Assembly: GCF_000471645.3 (NCBI RefSeq)
Contig: NZ_AWGA01000024.1
Location: 1-24,000, forward strand
Origin: Candidatus Schmidhempelia bombi str. Bimp
GTDB taxonomy: Bacteria > Pseudomonadota > Gammaproteobacteria > Enterobacterales > Orbaceae
Direction: 5' to 3'
Length of the DNA stretch: 24,000 nucleotides
Positions within the stretch are counted from its first letter, which is position 1, and every line of letters starts with the position of its first letter. The notes below the pieces were generated by a model, which worked only from the letters and a program-made list of their open reading frames with translations, was not told where the DNA came from and did no database searches. Below, one piece after another: positions 21,147 to 24,000 of this stretch. The position numbers and the translations under genes are program-made.

Positions 21147-21662
21147 TTAGTGCAAATCAGTAAAATTAAACGTGTCATTATCGTTATTATCAGCTGACAA
21201 CTCTTTTATAAACAATTCATCAAAATCAATATACATATCATGATTAATTAGATTGAAATTGGACAGATTGTTATTCCTAGACATCATTAATGATTCACCA
21301 ATTACATAAGAAGGCTGAAATAACATAGATGTTCTTATAGAATGCATGAAAGTTACTATATTATACTCCAGACTCGCAATGGTCTTATCTAAATGATTTC
21401 GCCAATTACTTCCATTAATCTCTGGTTTGGTATTACTATCAACCACCAGCAAATTGGTATAATTATCTCTCGGCAACGGTGTTTGTATTAGTGATGTTGG
21501 CCAAAAATAGAGTAAGTTATGCTTATGAGCATGATTAAAATAATTAAATATTGATTTTATTGAGTAGAGCATCACAATAAGCAAAATAAATGTAATAGTA
21601 ATTGCTGAAATGGTAAGGGTGATCGATTTTCCCGCATTATTTTCATTTGCTTTAATATCCAT
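21147..21662 (-). CDS. Hypothetical single-pass membrane-anchored protein, Asn-rich, no family recognised
   Basis: 171-aa ORF with GGAGA 9 nt upstream of the ATG and its own strong terminator. One N-terminal hydrophobic helix (ITLTISAITITFILLIVMLYSI). 23 Asn residues and no Cys. Acidic C-terminal tail. No motif I recognise. Confidence 0.6.
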   Translation of the reverse strand: MDIKANENNAGKSITLTISAITITFILLIVMLYSIKSIFNYFNHAHKHNLLYFWPTSLIQTPLPRDNYTNLLVVDSNTKPEINGSNWRNHLDKTIASLEYNIVTFMHSIRTSMLFQPSYVIGESLMMSRNNNLSNFNLINHDMYIDFDELFIKELSADNNDNDTFNFTDLH

Positions 21663-22105
21663 ATGTACTGCTCTCCGTTAAAATAATAAACGGGCTTGTT
21701 ATTAATTTAGCACCTACTATTATTTTATCCATGAAAAATCTCTTTATCATGTTGATGTGGTTTTAAGTATAGACTTTTTATTGGTTAATTCAAGTTATTT
21801 GTTTGGCTAAAGGTTAAGTTAACTATAAAAGAATGTAAAAAATAATTGTGATTTTGTTACATTTTTATCATTTGTTTTCTATGATTTAAACTTAAGTTAA
21901 AAATGTCAAAATAATAACAATGACTTAATTATAATTAATCGATTACTCACCATTTATTTAAAAAATGATGTGATTATTTCATTTATCTATTAAAGTACTC
22001 ATAAATAAACGTTCTTTTTGTTCGATTATGTAGAAATAAAAAAGGCTAAATGAATGACGGCGAATATTGATTAAAGTGATATATTGTTAGCATTTATTAT
22101 GGCGT

Positions 22106-22133
22106 TTGTCATTTAATATGTAGTTAGTATAAT
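22106..22133 (+). promoter_or_regulatory. Sigma70-type promoter for the M20 amidohydrolase gene
   Basis: TTGTCA (22106-22111), 16-nt spacer, TATAAT (22128-22133). It is followed by AAGAGG 8 nt upstream of the ATG at 22166. Confidence 0.5.
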
Positions 22134-22165
22134 GAGTAAAAATAATACACCAAGAGGTTAATTCA

Positions 22166-23335
22166 ATGGATAAGCTGAATATTCTTCCAGAAATTAAAGC
22201 ACTTTATAATGATATGGCAATGTGGCGCCATCATTTACATGCCCACCCTGAAACGGCATTTAATGAATATAATACGACCGACTATATAGAACAACGACTA
22301 CTTGAATTTGGTGTGGATAAAATTTATAAAAATTTTGCTCCTACAGGATTAGTCGCAACGATTACCGGTAACAAAAGTGGTCCTTGGGTTGGTTTACGCG
22401 CTGATATTGATGCACTCGACATGCTCGAACAAACTAATCATAGTTACTGTTCTACCATTCCAGGTAAGATGCATGGCTGTGGTCATGATGGTCACACTGC
22501 CATGCTATTGGGTGCGGCAAGCTATTTAGCTAAACATCGCGATTTTGCTGGTACGGTTGCTTTAATTTTTCAACCTGCCGAAGAAAATGAAGGTGGCGGT
22601 CGTGTGATGGTTGAAAATGGTTTATTTGAGCAATTACCTATTGCCTCTGTTTATGGTATGCATAATTGGCCAAATATGCCTTTAGGGCAATTTTCAATTA
22701 AATCAGGTCCACTAATGGCGGCATATGATATTTTCCAGATCACTTTAACGGGTAAAGGCTCGCATGGTGCTGCGCCCCATTTAGGGCATGATACGATTGT
22801 GGCAACAGGTCAGCTTATTACGGCATTACAATCTATTGTAAGTCGTAATATTGATCCTCTTGATTCAGCCGTGGTGAGTATTACTCAAGTCCATAGTGGT
22901 GACACTTGGAATGTTTTACCGCAAGAAGCTATTTTATGCGGCACGGTGAGAACGTTCAAAGAAAACGTTCAAGATAAGATTGAGCAGCGTATTAAAACGA
23001 TTGCTTTAGGTATTGGTGAAGCACTTAATGTTGATATTAACGTTGAATACCAACGTCGTTACCCAGCAACGGTTAATCATGAAAAGGAAACAGACATCGC
23101 AGTTAAAGTTGCACAGTCTATTGTAGGCAAAGAAAATGTTATCACAAATCCAGCACCCCAAATGGGCTCAGAGGATTTTGCCTTTATGTTGCAAAAACAA
23201 GTGGGTGCATATATTTGGTTAGGCGCAGGCGAGGGCGCGAATTTGCATCATCCTGCCTATAATTTTAATGATGACCTCTTAATTTATGGGGCAACTTATT
23301 GGATTGAGCTGGTTAACCACGTTTTAGGTAAATAA
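22166..23335 (+). CDS. M20D-family amidohydrolase (hippurate hydrolase / N-acyl-L-amino acid amidohydrolase-like)
   Basis: 389 aa. WRHHLHAHPE, LRADIDAL, MHGCGHDGHTAMLLGAA, FQPAEE..GG and GSEDFAF are the characteristic M20D metal-binding blocks. Substrate cannot be inferred from sequence. Confidence 0.88.
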   Translation: MDKLNILPEIKALYNDMAMWRHHLHAHPETAFNEYNTTDYIEQRLLEFGVDKIYKNFAPTGLVATITGNKSGPWVGLRADIDALDMLEQTNHSYCSTIPGKMHGCGHDGHTAMLLGAASYLAKHRDFAGTVALIFQPAEENEGGGRVMVENGLFEQLPIASVYGMHNWPNMPLGQFSIKSGPLMAAYDIFQITLTGKGSHGAAPHLGHDTIVATGQLITALQSIVSRNIDPLDSAVVSITQVHSGDTWNVLPQEAILCGTVRTFKENVQDKIEQRIKTIALGIGEALNVDINVEYQRRYPATVNHEKETDIAVKVAQSIVGKENVITNPAPQMGSEDFAFMLQKQVGAYIWLGAGEGANLHHPAYNFNDDLLIYGATYWIELVNHVLGK

Positions 23336-23341
23336 AATACC

Positions 23342-23384
23342 CCCCTATTTGAATTTTATTTGATTTAAATAGGGGCTTTTATTC
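23342..23384 (+). terminator. Probable terminator after the amidohydrolase gene
   Basis: Stem CCCCTATTT (23342-23350) pairs with AAATAGGGG (23367-23375) around a 16-nt loop, followed by CTTTTATTC. It starts 7 nt after the stop. Confidence 0.6.
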
Positions 23385-23687
23385 TATCATTTATTTAAAA
23401 AGCGTAGATAAGAAAGAGACTAATAAAACGGAATTATATAATGTCATGTTTTGTTAATTCATTATTTGCAGCACAATACATTAATATTACTTTATAGGTT
23501 CCCTTTAAAGTTAACGTATTACCTAAATATTGTTGAGTCTATACTGTTATTATGCTTATTGCTTAAATAAAAAAGTTTAAACTTGATACGTTTTCATTAT
23601 TACCCGTTTGATTAACGCTATAATAAGCAGTAACAAGATGATTGATACTGCTATACCATAATCCATTTTGGGTTATTAAGAAAGTAC

Positions 23688-24000
23688 CTAAGCTCGTTCA
23701 ACAGTAAAAGAGATGACCTCACTTAAACTTTCTGCATTTAATGCTAACATAATTAGACGATCAAGCCCTAAAGCGACGCCGGCACAATCAGGTAAGCCTG
23801 CTTTCAGGGCATCTAAAAATAGGGTATCAATCACTTGTGGTGGAAGTTGTTTACTTTTTCTTATTTGATTATCTGATTCAAAACGTGCATATTGTTCTTC
23901 AGCATTAGTAAGTTCTTTAAACCCGTTAGCTAATTCGACGCCTTTATAATAAAATTCAAACCGTTTTGCTACCCTATGATCTTCACCACAGATTTCTGCT
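23688..24000 (-). CDS. epmA: Elongation factor P--(R)-beta-lysine ligase EpmA (PoxA/GenX), C-terminal part; the 5' end lies outside the window
   Basis: This is my own translation of the minus strand: ...[36 protein letters not shown]...[39 protein letters not shown]. It matches the E. coli EpmA C-terminus (...[36 protein letters not shown]). It is missing from the ORF track because no start codon lies in the window. Confidence 0.9.
   Translation of the reverse strand, partial: AEICGEDHRVAKRFEFYYKGVELANGFKELTNAEEQYARFESDNQIRKSKQLPPQVIDTLFLDALKAGLPDCAGVALGLDRLIMLALNAESLSEVISFTVERA

Noticed and set aside
21889-21898. Perfect 10-bp palindrome AACTTAAGTT in the AT-rich spacer upstream of the orphan gene
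   Set aside because: Short perfect palindromes are expected by chance in roughly 500 bp of DNA this AT-rich. There is no second copy or positional relation to a promoter.

Overview
This window looks like ordinary core chromosome from an AT-rich gammaproteobacterium. By eye the GC content is in the mid-30s percent, and gene content and local synteny resemble Enterobacterales, Orbales or Pasteurellales. Almost every long ORF aligns by eye, at near-identical length, with a well-known E. coli housekeeping protein. In order: rarA (3' end), serS, a RarD/EamA-family transporter, then pflA-pflB-focA and ycaO on the minus strand. Next come mtnN-yadS (minus), a ybbO-like SDR and cnoX/ybbN (plus), the Lon-like ycbZ (minus) and yejM/pbgA (plus). 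These are followed by minCDE (minus), ycgL, an MltB-type lytic transglycosylase and ycgN (plus), one orphan membrane-anchored protein (minus), an M20D amidohydrolase (plus), and the 3' end of epmA (minus; I translated this myself because it is absent from the ORF track). Convergent gene pairs are separated by clear hairpin terminators. I saw no rRNA, tRNA, CRISPR array, IS or transposon ends, integrase, phage genes or long repeats. I do not see a convincing novel multi-gene system. The least explained part is the very AT-rich interval at about 21.08-22.17 kb, which holds an Asn-rich orphan gene and 0.5 kb of non-coding DNA. Lesser points are a textbook class II FNR-type promoter with a TTG start at focA, an upstream 10-bp inverted repeat, a P-loop-less Lon-like protease, and several unusually long AT-rich spacers containing unverified small ORFs. 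All homology statements come from my recall of E. coli proteins, not from database searches.
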